A stretch of 64,000 bases of DNA, taken from Eledone cirrhosa (lineage: Eukaryota). Below, in pieces: positions 29,545 through 43,150 of the stretch. Both the position numbers and the translations under genes were made by a program. Where the stretch lies: positions 102,362,001 through 102,426,000 of the forward strand of contig OZ024743.1 in assembly GCA_964016885.1 (NCBI GenBank). The letters run 5' to 3'. How positions within the stretch are numbered: position 1 is the stretch's first letter; each line of letters starts with the position of its first letter. The notes beneath the pieces were generated by a model that worked only from the letters and a program-made list of their open reading frames with translations, did not search any database and was not told the origin of the DNA.

Positions 29545-30678
29545 GTAAAGGATTATCCTAGATGCAGTAATGGTTAATTACTACACTGGATAGGGTTGAC
29601 TCACTATAAAATAACTTAACATTCGAACCCGTAACTATAACTTTGCTTTCTAGCTAACCACTTTCTCTTCCCCCACGCTACAAGACAATACCCTGCTTAT
29701 CATTATAAATGGGACTTAGTGCAATTCGTAGATTACTACTATGAACCCAATGTTCACCCAGCCCTTAGCTTTCGTCTGTCCCCTCTCTATCTCTCCATCT
29801 CTATCCATTCCACTCTCACTCTCTCGCCCAAGGTCTACCTCCCTCCCTCTCCACATCTATGAACCTGCCCACTGGGGCAATAAATAATTCCAACCTAGAC
29901 TATCAACGCATCGCTTAAGGTGGTCGCTTTAAGAGTAACCAGTATAATAAAACCCTTACCACGACATTTTGATTAAGATATCTACAAACCACTCTCTCCC
30001 ATTTCTCCAACCCCTGCATATCTCTCTCTCTCACTCTCTTCCTCTCCCCTTCTTTTCTCTCTTCCTTTTCTACTCTATCTTCCCCAATAAACTCACTTAA
30101 GGGTATTTAAATTGTACATTTAACCATTCTGCTCTGATGATACAGTGGTCACAGCATTTGATAATTGAGTTTTGCAAATAGTTATAAATTTGCACATAGT
30201 ATAACTAGACTGTATAACCACCGTGGAAACATTTGTAAGCACACAGAATAAATTACCTTTTTATGTAGGGGTTTTATTATACTGGTTACTCTTAAAGCGA
30301 CCACCTTAAGCGATGCGTTAATAGTCTAGGTTGGAATTATTTATTGCCCCAGAGGCCAGGTTCATAGATGTGTAGAGGGGGAGGGGTAGACCTTGGGCGA
30401 GAGAGTGAGAGTGGAATGGATAGAGATGGAGAGATAGAGAGGGGACAGACGAAAGCTAAGGGCTGGGTGAACATTGGGTTCATAGTAGTAATCTACGAAT
30501 TGCACTAAGTCCCATTTATAATGATAAGCAGGGTATTGTCTTGTAGCGTGGGGGAAGAGAAAGTGGTTAGCTAGAAAGCAAAGTTATAGTTACGGGTTCG
30601 AATCTTAAGGTATTTTATAGTGAGTCAACTCTATCCAGTGTAGTAATTAACCATTACTGCATCTAGGATAATCCTTTA

Positions 30679-30682
<4 letters not shown>
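29542..30682. mobile_element. Large fold-back, family I (~415-bp arms)
   Basis: Arms 29542-29957/30266-30682 are nearly identical; the spacer carries the HHR. Confidence 0.85.
30127..30249 (+). ncRNA. Hammerhead ribozyme with ~85-nt stem II
   Basis: tgct CTGATGA tacagtggt..accaccgtg GAAA cattt GTA agca. Confidence 0.75.
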
Positions 30683-30723
<41 letters not shown>

Positions 30724-30729
<6 letters not shown>

Positions 30730-31264
30730 AAGTTAAATAAAAGTCAAATGATTAAAATTTAGCTTCGTTTATTACTGCTATATATATTTCAGTGACAGCC
30801 ATCTTTGGCTGTGACCTCTTCAGGCAGTTTGAATTAGTATGGTATAGACAAGTACATATGTTGTTTAGGTGTTTAATATTGTCAATACTCTGATATGCCC
30901 AGTTCCTTGTTGGGTTGTTAATTCACTGGGGAACTGGAGTCATATCATATGACTCCAGTTCCCCAGTGAATTAACAACCCAACAAGGAACTGGGCATATC
31001 AGAGTATTGACAATATTATACACCTAAACAACATATGTACTTGTCTATACCATACTAATTCAAACTGCCTGAAGAGGTCACAGCCAAAGATGGCTGTCAC
31101 TGAAATATATATAGCAGTAATAAACGAAGCTAAATTTTAATCATTTGACTTTTATTTAACTTTATTTTACACTACTCCGGAGTAACCAAACCAACCTGCG
31201 CACTTCGTCGAGTGCTCCAGCCTGCATACTGAGGTGTTGGTATACAACCAACATAAACTCAAAA

Positions 31265-31266
<2 letters not shown>
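30724..31266. mobile_element. PLE palindrome, family N, with HHRs at 30774-30828 (minus) and 31064-31118 (plus)
   Basis: Arms 30724-30944/30947-31168; actgc CTGAAGA ggtcacagccaaagatggctgtcact GAAA tatata TA gcagt. Confidence 0.85.
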
Positions 31267-31309
<43 letters not shown>

Positions 31310-31321
31310 ATTTGTGTGTGT

Positions 31322-32213
31322 ATAATAATGAAATTATTGTGTAAAGTGCTCAGGTGCACTACAACTCGTCAATATAGTACATAGAATAATACACAGATGT
31401 CAGGGAAGTACATGTTTGTATGTGTTAGCTGTAGTGTTGGCGGATCTCGGGAAGCATGGAGGCCTTAAAGGATGCAGTGTCTCGACAGCTAACAACTGAT
31501 GCAGGTAGTTTGTTCCATGCTTCAGCAACTCTGAGCGTGAAAAAATGTTTCCGAAAGTCATGGGAACTGTGCTGTTTTCTTACTTAGTGGGCATGTCCAC
31601 GTGTGTTAGACACATGGAAATCGAAAAGGCACTCAGGGTTGTTGTTGGCAACATGGTTAACAATTTTGTGGGTGTTTACCAAGTCAGTTGCCAGGCGTCG
31701 GAGCTTCAATGAATCCATGCCCAGGGAAGCAAGGCTCTCAGAGTATGGTAGATGCCTGATGGAGAGTATTCGCTTGGTTGCACGTCTCTGAACAGTTTCC
31801 AGGCGGTCAATGTCCTGAGCAAGATAGGGGTTCCAGACTGGTGATGCAAATTCTAAGTGTGGTCGCACCATAGCTGTATACAGCCTTAAATAGATATCTG
31901 GAGAGCGGCTGACAAAGGTCTTGCTGAGTGATGCTAAGACACCCTCGGCCCTCTTGACAATTTTAGAGACGTGCCTCGTCCAACGCAAATCGCTGCTGAC
32001 CGTAATGCCCAGGTCACGTTCACAGGAAGACTTCTTGATATTAGTGCTGTGGAGGGAGTATGTGGACGCTGGTTTTTACTCCCAAAATGCATGGTGGTGC
32101 ACTTGTCCACAGCTAGCTTGAGTTGCCAGTCTGAGATCCACTGTTGCATTGTGTCCAGGTCAGACTGCAAGCAAGATCTATAGTGTTCAGGATCTGTCCT
32201 TTTTATCTCAAGG
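31322..32213 (-). mobile_element. CR1 LINE 3' fragment
   Basis: LQSDLD..W..DWQLKL..DKC, VRPHLEFASPVWNPY..DIDRLETVQRRATK, TRGH, RKHFFTLRVAEAWNKLP. Confidence 0.9.
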
Positions 32214-32409
32214 TATGTATGTATATATATATATATATATATATTAACGAGTAGGACCCCGACGGCTGAGCTCAATATATATATATATATCTACATATGG
32301 TATTATGTATATATGTGTATATATATATTTATATGTATATATATATATATATGTGTATATATATATATATGTATATGTGTGTGTATATATATATATGCAT
32401 ATATATATG

Positions 32410-32448
<39 letters not shown>

Positions 32449-32486
32449 GTATATATATATGTATATATGTATATATATATATATAT

Positions 32487-32539
32487 GTAAGTATGTATGT
32501 ATACGTACATACATATATGTATACAGACGTACAGTAGCA

Positions 32540-32587
<48 letters not shown>

Positions 32588-33444
32588 CAGGTACACATAC
32601 ATATATGTACGTATCAGTTTAGCGGACGCTTATTATAACGCCCGCTTTGTTCGTTTGTAAACAAACTGAACAGCCTGAATTTATGCCGTACGGTGTTAAG
32701 GCAACCACGTCACCTTTTTGTTCAACACTGACACAGGAACGATGTGCTAGTTTCAAGCTTGTTAGCTATCATCAGCACCGTATACCCTTCTGCCAGATGG
32801 TTGAACGTTCGAAAGTATATACTTTCCTTATGAAAATTAACGGCTGAGCAGCCTAATTTGCATATCCAGTGAGTTATGTTGGCCAGGCGTAACGAAAACG
32901 ATAAGTTGTAATAAAATGAAAACGAAATTTCTTTTCTCACTCTTATTACGGCACTTACTTAAATGTAAGTATGTATGTATACGTACATACATATATGTAT
33001 ACAGACGTACAGTAGCATGCATATATATATATATACATACAGGTACACGTACATATATGTACGTATCAGTTTAGCGGACGCTTATTATAACGCCCACTTT
33101 GTTCGTTTGTAAACAAACTGAACAGCCTGAATTTATGCCGTACGGTGTTAAGGCAACCGCGTCACCTTTTTGTTCAACACTGACACAGGAACGACGTAAC
33201 TAGTTTCAAGCTTGTTAGCTATCATCAGCACCGTATACCCTTCTGCCAGATGGTTGAACGTTCGAAAGTATATACTTTCCTTATGAAAATTAACGGCTGA
33301 GCAGCCTAATTTGCATATCGAGTGAGTTATGTCGGCCAGGCGTACCGAAAACGATAAGTTGTAATAAAATGAAAACGAAGTTTCATTTCTCATTCTTAGT
33401 ACGGCACTTACTTAAATGTAAGTATGTATGTATACGTACATACA

Positions 33445-33450
<6 letters not shown>
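32487..33450 (-). mobile_element. Retrozyme-like head-to-tail dimer, family D (453-nt HHR-to-HHR period)
   Basis: Unit starts recur at 32487, 32965 and 33418; HHRs at 32739-32781 and 33191-33234 (acggtg CTGATGA tagctaacaagctt GAAA ctag..); no coding capacity. Confidence 0.8.
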
Positions 33451-33509
<59 letters not shown>

Positions 33510-33570
33510 GTATGTATATGTGTGTGTATATATATATGTATGTATCTGTGTGTGTATATATATATGTATA

Positions 33571-33673
<103 letters not shown>

Positions 33674-33687
33674 ATATATATATATAT

Positions 33688-33725
<38 letters not shown>

Positions 33726-33739
33726 ATATATATATATAT

Positions 33740-33826
<87 letters not shown>

Positions 33827-33880
33827 TATATATATATGTACATATATATGTACATATATATATATATATGTACATATATG

Positions 33881-33911
<31 letters not shown>

Positions 33912-33934
33912 GTATATATATATGTGTGTGTGTT

Positions 33935-33965
<31 letters not shown>

Positions 33966-33988
33966 GTGTGTATATATGTGTATGTGTG

Positions 33989-34020
<32 letters not shown>

Positions 34021-34025
<5 letters not shown>

Positions 34026-34245
34026 AAGTTAAATAAATAAGTCAAATGTTTAAAATTTAGCTTCGTTTATTACTGCTATATATATTTCGGTGGCAGCCAT
34101 CTTTGGCTGTGACCTCTTCAGGCAGTCCGAATTAGTGTGGTATAGACAAGTACATATGTTGTTGAGGTGTATAATTTTTAATACTCTGATATGCCCAGTT
34201 ACTGGTTGGGTTGTTATTTCACAGAGGAACTGGAATCATATGAAT
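34021..34245 (-). mobile_element. Family N pLTR fragment with HHR at 34072-34126
   Basis: Matches 30724-30944. Confidence 0.8.
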
Positions 34246-35227
34246 TCAAACAAACGAATTTCAGTGTAAAAGGGCCTCTTCTCCTCTCATTGGTCAGTTG
34301 TTTTGTTATTTCTGTTTATCTGTTACATATATATACATATACTTTATCTTTTAGTTTAATATTACTTGATACTAGTATAGTATAAATGAATACACACCAA
34401 CTCAGTGACCTAAATGGACATACATATAGCCAGTCGCTAAGAAATTTCGTTTGCAAGCTTGTGATATTGATTCGAACATACTGCGTCATATCTTGGAGAA
34501 GTGTAACGTCCCTAGCTTTGGATCGACTCAACTCATTTTAGTGACATTAAGTAAATGTAATCTGTATAGATATCTGTCTGATTGACTACAATTAAAATGG
34601 CAACCTTTGACACACGGAGTCCTTCTGATTCAGCCCAATGATATAGTTAAGTGTACACGTCTCACTGGAAATCTCTGCCCCCTTTCATTATAATTGGGTG
34701 GGCTGTTGATCAACTGAGATACATTCTCATTGTTGAACTGAGCGAGAATCAATCTTTTTAAAAATGTAATCGAATAAAATTAGTTTGAAGCTTCGTGGTA
34801 CCACATACAAATCTCGTAGTTTTCATACTATAAATATAGTGAATTCTATCCAATCATGAACAGTTCTCCTGTTATCAAGATAATTTATACCCGAGTGATA
34901 TAGCAATATTATTTTACTGTGATACAGTTGCTGCTCAAGTCCGGCTCAACTTTGATTCGCACTGTATATAGATAAATCATTCCAGCCATAACTATCCAGT
35001 TCCTTTTCAAGCATAATGCGTTTAAAAATAATACATTCAATGTGTCATTTTATTATAGGAGAGTGGGATTATTTGAGGGAAATTGGGTGATATTTGACGT
35101 AAGTGGAGCATCCAGTAATATGCTCTCTTATTTGTTCGACTAATATTACTTGATATTAAAAGTAGAGTAATGAAAGAACGCAATATCAATTTTCACTCAC
35201 GCCTCCTACCGCTTTTAGTTTATATAG

Positions 35228-35293
35228 TATGACGTAATATATTATGACGTAATATATTATGACGTAAATATTATGAGGTAATTTATTATGACG
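35228..35293. repeat. 15-bp minisatellite tatgacgtaatatat, about 4.5 copies
   Basis: Direct inspection. Confidence 0.8.
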
Positions 35294-35419
35294 ATCGTAA
35301 GTGATTAAATGTTTTAAACACTCTTTGATTTTTATTTATAATGTATTTCGGTTCTGTAATATACTTGTTATTTTACATTTAGCTATTCTTGTAATTGGAT
35401 AATATTTAATATTACCTAC

Positions 35420-35527
<108 letters not shown>

Positions 35528-35538
35528 CACACACACAC

Positions 35539-35587
<49 letters not shown>

Positions 35588-35590
<3 letters not shown>

Positions 35591-35749
35591 CGAAGAAAGT
35601 GTGGTAAGGAACCAGATAAACCATAACGTACCAGAGTACTCGATACTTAGGGTAGAGCTCCGGTTGTTCGACAGCTAGATCCGAACCCAGTTTGGATCTA
35701 GTTAACGAAACGGTCGGAGTTCAGCCGTCGGGATCCTGACTCTTTTCCT
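35588..35749. mobile_element. Family G pLTR pieces in head-to-head orientation
   Basis: 35588-35655 matches 47151-47220; GAAAcgg..ccGTCgggatcc. Confidence 0.65.
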
Positions 35750-35770
35750 ATATATACATATATATATATA

Positions 35771-37008
35771 CAGGGTGCGGACGGCATTTGACGACAAATT
35801 TAGAGTTTAAAAAAACCCGCTTATATAATAACAGAAAAAAACTATATTCTTATAAAAATAACATAAACATAAAGCTAAATTATCAATTTAATAATTTCAT
35901 TCAATAAAACCACCATAAGCATCAATAACTGCCTCTACGTGTGGTTGAAATCGTTTACAAGCTCGATTAAGTGGTCCTTGTTCATATCGGACTGACTCGA
36001 ACTATTGCGGCTTTCAAAGAATCTTTTGTGCTATGGAGTGTTCATTGACATTTTTCTCAACGATGCTCCATACATAGTAGTCCAGTGGATTGAGATCTGG
36101 AGAATTAGGAGGCCACGTGTTGGATGTGATCATGCAATTTTACAGCCATCCATTCTTGTGCCATTTGAGCTTTCTGTGATGGTGCAGAATCTTGTTGAAA
36201 GACATAAGGCCTTCCATTGCATACACTGTTGATCCAAGGCTTAACAACTTTATCCAGAACCTCAATATATACAGCAGAATTCACCCTAAGGCCCTGTGGA
36301 AAAAAGTGAGGAGGATCACATGTCCTTCCTTGTTAACAACACCCAAAACCATGACACTTGCAGGAGATTGTGTCTGCATTACTCTTGTAACCTCAAAAGG
36401 GTCTGCACATAGGCACCTGTCATTTCTTCTGTTAGTTTTCTGGTCCTGGTCAAAGTTTTTCTCATCTGAGAAAAACCAAATCACATCAACTTCTGATGGA
36501 TTTTTAAGTTTGTTCAAAAGTCTTTTGGATCTGATTAAACGGTTTTCTTTTGTTTTATCTGACATGACCTCTCCTCATCACGTAAGATTTGTATCTGATG
36601 TCTTCATGCACAACATTTCTGATTCTTTTTTCTGACACCCAAACATCTTTTGCAATTGACCTCATTGATTTTCCTAGATTGTCATCAATGTTTTGCTTAA
36701 CTTCCTGAATAAATTCAGGTGTCCTGATAGAATCAAAGAGTTCGAAATGTTTTTTTACGTTTTAATACAGGTAATACGCTTCCATCTTCTTTCTGTAACT
36801 CACACCGAATCTTGTGGGCAAAAGATCCTACAACTTTCAGAAAACGAGAAATTCTCAAATCCCCATGCTTAGCCTTCAAAGCCTTTTCATTTCATTAGTA
36901 AGCATAGTTATTTTCATTGTTATTTTATGAAATAGAAGTTCAATAAACATTAGTCAAATTTAATAATGACTAAAAAAGCTTGTGTCCTCAAATACCGCTC
37001 GCACCTTG
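35771..37008 (-). mobile_element. Tc1/mariner superfamily DD37D (maT-like) transposon, disrupted transposase
   Basis: ~28-bp imperfect TIRs flanked by TA; WFFSDEKNFDQDQK, VMVLGVV, YVFQQDSAPS, WPPNSPDLNPLDYYVW. Confidence 0.88.
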
Positions 37009-37268
37009 TATATATTGGAAAAAGTAAAAATCAAAAACAATAACAAGGAGTACAGTTACGAAAAGTGTTTGGTTTATATATATAGATATAATTAAATTAT
37101 GACGTAGCAATAACTTGAAGGGTTTCGTGAAACTTACTCTACTTGATTAAAATTACATTCAGTTAAATCAATTTAAATATGAACCTACACCACATACAGT
37201 AGAAATGAATATGTAATTTGGAACTAGTATGAAAAGCTAAGTCTAAGAAAGGTGGATTATCTGCTCAT

Positions 37269-37408
37269 CAGACCTGCCAACCTCTAAAAATCCAAACGGG
37301 AAGTACCATGAAAACATGTGTCCCAAAATGTGGAGAAATGAGGCGAAGTGGGTGAGAGATCTACCTGTCGTACGGGGGGGGGGGGGGGGGGGGGGGGTAA
37401 CAGGTCTG
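37269..37408. mobile_element. hAT-like MITE, second copy
   Basis: cagacctgccaac..caggtctg; interior resembles 14172-14356. Confidence 0.6.
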
Positions 37409-37665
37409 GCTTATATCAACAGTTTTTTCGTAAATTTTCTTACTCAGCTTTCCTAGTAGTAAACCATAGTTAATCTATAGTAGATTGGTTCTTTACCTCA
37501 TCCTAACAATAAAAGGTATTGGAAGTAGAGTAGGCAACCACTTTTACTCTTTGTTTACATTTACAATTATGGTATTTGCAAACGAATAAGTATGTCTAAT
37601 TAGGTGCTTGACCTAGCATGAATTGAATAGCCCATTGTCCTTTGAACTACATCTTACAATTTTAA

Positions 37666-37877
37666 TTACCCCTTTAGCATTACATTACTTTATATATACT
37701 ATTGTATTTTTGTGGTAATGCATTTACCTCACATAATTATCTCATATAATATCGAATCTACGAGATTTTGATATGTATTTTGAGAAGAATACCTTAACAT
37801 CAGTACAAGTAGCTGGTTACAGTTGGTATGTGAGAGAGTTACGACCGGATACGACCGGTTTAAATGCTAAAGGGTAA
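37666..37877. mobile_element. piggyBac-like MITE
   Basis: TIRs ccctttagcatt / aatgctaaaggg with TTAA-like flanks. Confidence 0.55.
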
Positions 37878-39335
37878 GGAACGAATACATTTGAGGTTCT
37901 TTTTATGAACATAGCTCTGCTCAATCATGTGGGGGATGGACAACAACAACACACAATCATAGCTAGAATCGTGTCTAAAGCATGAACATAAGCGAATTAT
38001 TATGAATCAGTTTGGTGGTTTGAAGATATACATTTTATACGTGTTACTGTTTTAGAAATATTTTGATTCCATCAACTGATAGCAATTTACTTTAAATAAG
38101 ATTACGGTTGTCCCTGCCTTGAGAGGAACAAATATATCTCTGGCCACGATTTTGAATGACAAAAACAAAAACAAGCTGCAGTGCCTTAACATGTTGGCAA
38201 CGCATTGCGAAAGAACTAATTAAAAGGCTAATGAAATGTTAGATATTTTAGCATACACAACACTAGATTTAGAGAGGTTGCTGGTCTTGTCATTGTTAGA
38301 GTCTCACGGTGAAAGCAGATTGGTTAGTTCCGTGTGTACAATATAGGCATTCATTCAGCCTGATAGATTAATATGCAAATCATCCCAAAAGTACAACCTA
38401 AGATCTGAACATTAGAAAGACACATTGGGGAATAAAATGATTGATATATGTCTGAAACTAAGAGCAACAGCTGCAGCAACAACAACAATAAACACAACCA
38501 TTCTATCCTGCATATCGCACTAACGATACAGCCTATTATTGTTAGGTTTAGCAATAGGGTGTCAGAGAATGCCCAGTGTATAATTTTATATGGTGATATA
38601 GAATGTTACAAATACAAGGGATATATTCTTCCATACATTCTGGCACATTGACATCATTTTAATATACATGAATATCTAGCTCTGATATACCCATATTTGT
38701 CAGGCAGTATGAACAATATATTACCCTCAAACGATATCACCCTACATATATTGTTTGCTAGATAGCATTAGAGTTTGATAATTAGACGTTGTAGTATTAG
38801 GTTTGAAAACCTACGTTTTAAAAAATGAAGAATATTTACATAAATCAATTATTTTTGTAGACTAAATTGAATACTTGGAATAGTTCCAAATATAGTTCAG
38901 TAATGTTGTATGATAAGAACAAAATTTTGAATATATTTTAGAAAGTTATACGCCTCCTTGAAAACGAATGATGATACCGATGTCAATATTAAGACTAGGA
39001 AGCAAATACTTCACAGGATTAAGTTATGAGCTTTTAAGGTTGAATTTGCCTTGCATCCTTACGAGGTCGACGATATAAACTTGCAATCTGGTACTGAGTC
39101 ACTGTAATCAATTAAACCCTTCTCAGGTTGTTGAGCTTCTACTTATCTTATAATTCAGTGTTAAGCCTAGTACTAAACTGCGCAATTGTAGGATTTTGAA
39201 CCAATTTTGTTTTACTGGAACCGTTCTTTGTTAATATGAGAAACATCGACCATGGATGGCGAAAGCAACGTATTTTCTGCATACATCTGAGTAGCGTTCC
39301 AGACATTATTTTGTGATTGTATATATCTAGGAATA

Positions 39336-39497
39336 GGCGGCAAATTGGCAGAATCGTTAGAATGTCGAATAGAATAATTTTGTTATTCATTCTGTCCCTC
39401 TATGCGCTGAGTTCAAAACCCGTCAAAGTCGCTTTTGCCTTTCATTATTTCGGAATCGAAAAATAAAAAGTAACAGTCCAGTACTGAGGTCGATTGT
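39336..39497 (+). mobile_element. tRNA-derived SINE
   Basis: ggcggcaaattggcagaatcgttag..ctgagttcaaaaccc..gcctttcat. Confidence 0.8.
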
Positions 39498-40896
39498 TTC
39501 TCTATATCTCTTTCTGTCCATCTCTGGAAACGATTGACTGTGTTCCGACCTGAATGAAACGTTGGGCTACGGGAGATTTTCAAATATCCAACATACGCTG
39601 TATGTTACTGCGGCACCCTTACCACTATATTATTAGTTACGGACCCATAGATACGTATCTACGACCACTTTATCCAACATATACCTTTTTCAAAATGGTG
39701 AAATAATCTGGAATTTCTAAGCAGTTCTAGCGACCACGCAATGCTATATATTTTTGTGGTGGCTCGTAAAGTTAGTAATCGAAAGATCGGTACTGCGAAT
39801 GCAGAATAAAGGAATTGTGTATTCTTCTGGAAGAAGAAGCTGCAAATTAATCGGACAGAAAATATAGTAACTGCCTAAAGTGACATTTCTTGTAGTAACT
39901 ACAAATGACAGGGAAAATAGAATAAATTTAACTGACGAAAAATGGTGTTACACATTGTATGCTTGCTACTTTACATCTCGTGCCAGCTGTGGCAGTGTAG
40001 ATATATAATGGCTTTGGCCATAATTTTTGTCACACTGTTTGTTATCGTTAATTGTATGTTCGGAGCATTTCCCGTAGATCATTTTTCTCTATTTACTTTA
40101 ATAAGAATTTAGTACAGTGCTGTATCAACAAATCAACCAAATATAATGGAGTCAGTCACATGCTTTTAAAAACTGGTGACTCAAATACATATGTATTTGT
40201 ATCCGCTTGCGTACGAAGATAGTGGACGAATCCTAGCAAAAATACGAAGGCACCAATAAGAGTCCGGATTGAATTAAATATTAAGTAGTAAGCTAAACCC
40301 GTGCACATCTGGTGAATAAGACATCCATTTCAAATAAATATGTTTAGATATATCATTTCTGTTCTAGATTGTTTAAACGAGCTTTCATTGTACTTTGTGT
40401 TTTTAACAATATACTTCTTGTCGAAGATTTTGTGCTTTGTTCTTCCATTATTCGCGAAAGGTATCCACATTATGATAATCAAATGTGTAATTCTTGTGGT
40501 TATAATCTTTGGAGTCTTATTATATTTATTTAGTAGTAGGTTTCTTGGATCTCTCCATTATATTAAGGTTTGTATATCTTTGGATTAAAAATGTTACATT
40601 GTGTAAAAGTGATGGCAAATGTCTGCGAGAGACGAAGAGGAGAATAAAGAAAAGCGCGAATGAGAACAATGGAGCAAAATATCTTAGGAGGATTACGAAA
40701 GATGAAAAATAATGTAGAAAGGATGAAGAAAGTAAATTAAAGCGAATGACAGAACTATAGCGCCATGAAAATTTCTTCAGCTTCATATCGACGTGGTTTC
40801 GAGTGAGACATTAATGTCCACACACAGATACACACACACACATACACACACACACATACACAAATACACAGACACACAGACACACATACACACGCG

Positions 40897-41015
<119 letters not shown>

Positions 41016-41016
41016 G

Positions 41017-41450
41017 AGAGTATTGAAGTTTGTTTGAAGCATTGTGGAATAATAAAACAAAATTGGTCGTTTTGGAAGCCTCAACAATGTAGATGGGTAA
41101 ATCTCCGGGTAACAGAATCCGGTGGTGAAGAGAGAGACGTAAGAGGAAATGTAGAAGGAGACGTATAGGGTGTATAGGAACGAAGGAAAGAGCGTAAAAA
41201 TAAAAATAATAACACGAGATAGAGTTACCTTGGCAGAGATTTAATTGTAACCTATATTTCAGATTTCGCATCCATCAACTGGGGGGTCTTCCGAGGGGGA
41301 AAGTTATCCGTCGGAGAGGAACGGTACGTGGCCTCTGTTGTCCGCCACTTGTGTTCTACATTTCCTCTTACATCTCTCTCTTCACCACCGGATTCTGTTA
41401 CCCGGAGATTTACCCATCTGCATTGTTGACGCTTCCAAAACGACCAAATG
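41017..41450. repeat. Inverted repeat with ~95-bp arms, probably a PLE-type fold-back
   Basis: Arms 41061-41156/41354-41449 next to microsatellites; no intact HHR seen. Confidence 0.6.
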
Positions 41451-42108
41451 TTTTAATATATATATATACATAAGCATATGTATCTCTAATTACTTGTCGT
41501 CAAATACCTACTCAGTTGAGTGAAAACAGCTAAAACGGATTGCTGCTTCTAGCAGTCTCGTTTATTTGCCAATCGTCCGTCTGTTACTTCCCTTTTATGT
41601 GAACTAAATACCACGTGATGATTTTCCCTTTCGAAAAAAAATAAAAATACAGTGGTAGCGGTCACTCGAGATTTCTCATGGTATGAGAAGATCCCATGAA
41701 GAGCCGCATGTGTCCCAGCCTGACGTGCTAAAATATTAGCGTATCTAGGCTGCTCTTTACGGCAAAACTTTAGGCGGAACCAAAACGTATTTGCGGTAAA
41801 TTGTTTTATGTTAAAAACAAATAACGAAACGAAATTAAATTTCGTTTCGTTTGTAACTCACTTTTGTATGACTGACGCTCAAACAATTAAGTCAAAGATG
41901 TACATCCATATATGTATACTGAAATACTAGTATGTATATGAATACACACACGTATACATATGTAGATGTACCAAGTTTTTTTTCACTGATCACTTTACTG
42001 TGAGTGGCCAGCTATTCTGTATGTAAACACACAGACAAACCGGTTTTTAGAGTCATACTGGTTTTTGAGGAAACACCTTTCCTCTATTCTCCAGAAAGCC
42101 AGACAAGG

Positions 42109-42153
42109 AATATTGAACTAGTTTCGTTGTTGTTACAACTCATCAGCAATATT
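42109..42153 (-). ncRNA. Minimal hammerhead ribozyme, family C
   Basis: Reverse complement of 42469-42513. Confidence 0.85.
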
Positions 42154-42468
42154 TACCTATCTTCCGGCCTCTCTAGAGAATCGTAAAAGCACATATCGCT
42201 ATATGCTTTTTCTATGAAAATTAGTAGTGGGCAGACCAACTTGCATAGAGTGTGAGTAAGTACCGGTTCAACGGAGACGATAAAAACAAATAACGAAACG
42301 AAATTAAATTTCGTTTCGTTTGTAACTCACTTTTGTATGACTGACGCTCAAACAATTAAGTCAAAGATGTACTCTATGCAAGTTGGTCTGCCCACTACTA
42401 ATTTTCATAGAAAAAGCATATAGCGATATGTGCTTTTACGATTCTCTAGAGAGGCCGGAAGATAGGTA

Positions 42469-42513
42469 AATATTGCTGATGAGTTGTAACAACAACGAAA
42501 CTAGTTCAATATT
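42469..42513 (+). ncRNA. Minimal hammerhead ribozyme, family C
   Basis: aatattg CTGATGA gttgtaacaacaac GAAA cta GTT caatatt; palindromic AACTAGTT stem III. Confidence 0.85.
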
Positions 42514-43081
42514 CCTTGTCTGGCTTTCTGGAGAATAGAGGAAAGGTGTTTCCTCAAAAACCAGTATGACTCTAAAAACCGGTTTGTCTGTGTGTTTACA
42601 TACAGAATAGCTGGCCACTCACAGTAAAGTGATCAGTGAAAAAAACTTGGTACATCTACATATGTATACGTGTGTGTATTCATATACATACTAGTATTTC
42701 AGTATACATATATGGATGTACATCTTTGACTTAATTGTTTTATGTTAATTGTTTTGCATATTCATGATTTTATAATGTTCTGGCTAATTGACTAAATATT
42801 TATTTACTTCATTTATTGAGCAAAAGTTATAGTTGATGCAGGCCTTTATATGTATGTATATGCTTATGTATATATGTATATATGAATTTTCATAAAATTA
42901 TAGGACTCGCAAACCCGGAAGTAACGAAACTATGTTAGGTTAGAAGGAAGCTGATGGATTTCGACTCCATAGCTCTTTATTTCTTTTCGGTTTACATCTT
43001 CATCCTTTCTCCACTGTTTTTTCTTTTTCGTAATCCTCCCACTGCCCCGAAAATATCTTTGTTCCATCTTTCTGACTCACG

Positions 43082-43150
<69 letters not shown>

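Larger units (their letters stand above)
41812..42740. mobile_element. Retrozyme-like family C: 1.2 monomers (minus) joined to an inverted partial monomer (plus)
   Basis: Direct repeat 41812-41900 = 42281-42370 (period 469); 42371-42740 inverts ~41881-42251; flanking duplication aattgttttatgtta. Confidence 0.85.

Noticed and set aside
29542-30682. Fold-backs interpreted as DNA-transposon TIR elements (MITE/Foldback)
   Set aside because: Arm lengths and centres differ between copies of the same family, and the arms derive from HHR-bearing pLTR sequence, which fits PLE-type inversion
42004-42186. Identical 60-aa ORF MASYSVCKHTDK.. found three times
   Set aside because: It starts at GTG, runs antisense to the HHR, and its identity just reflects recent family C copies; no sign of coding function
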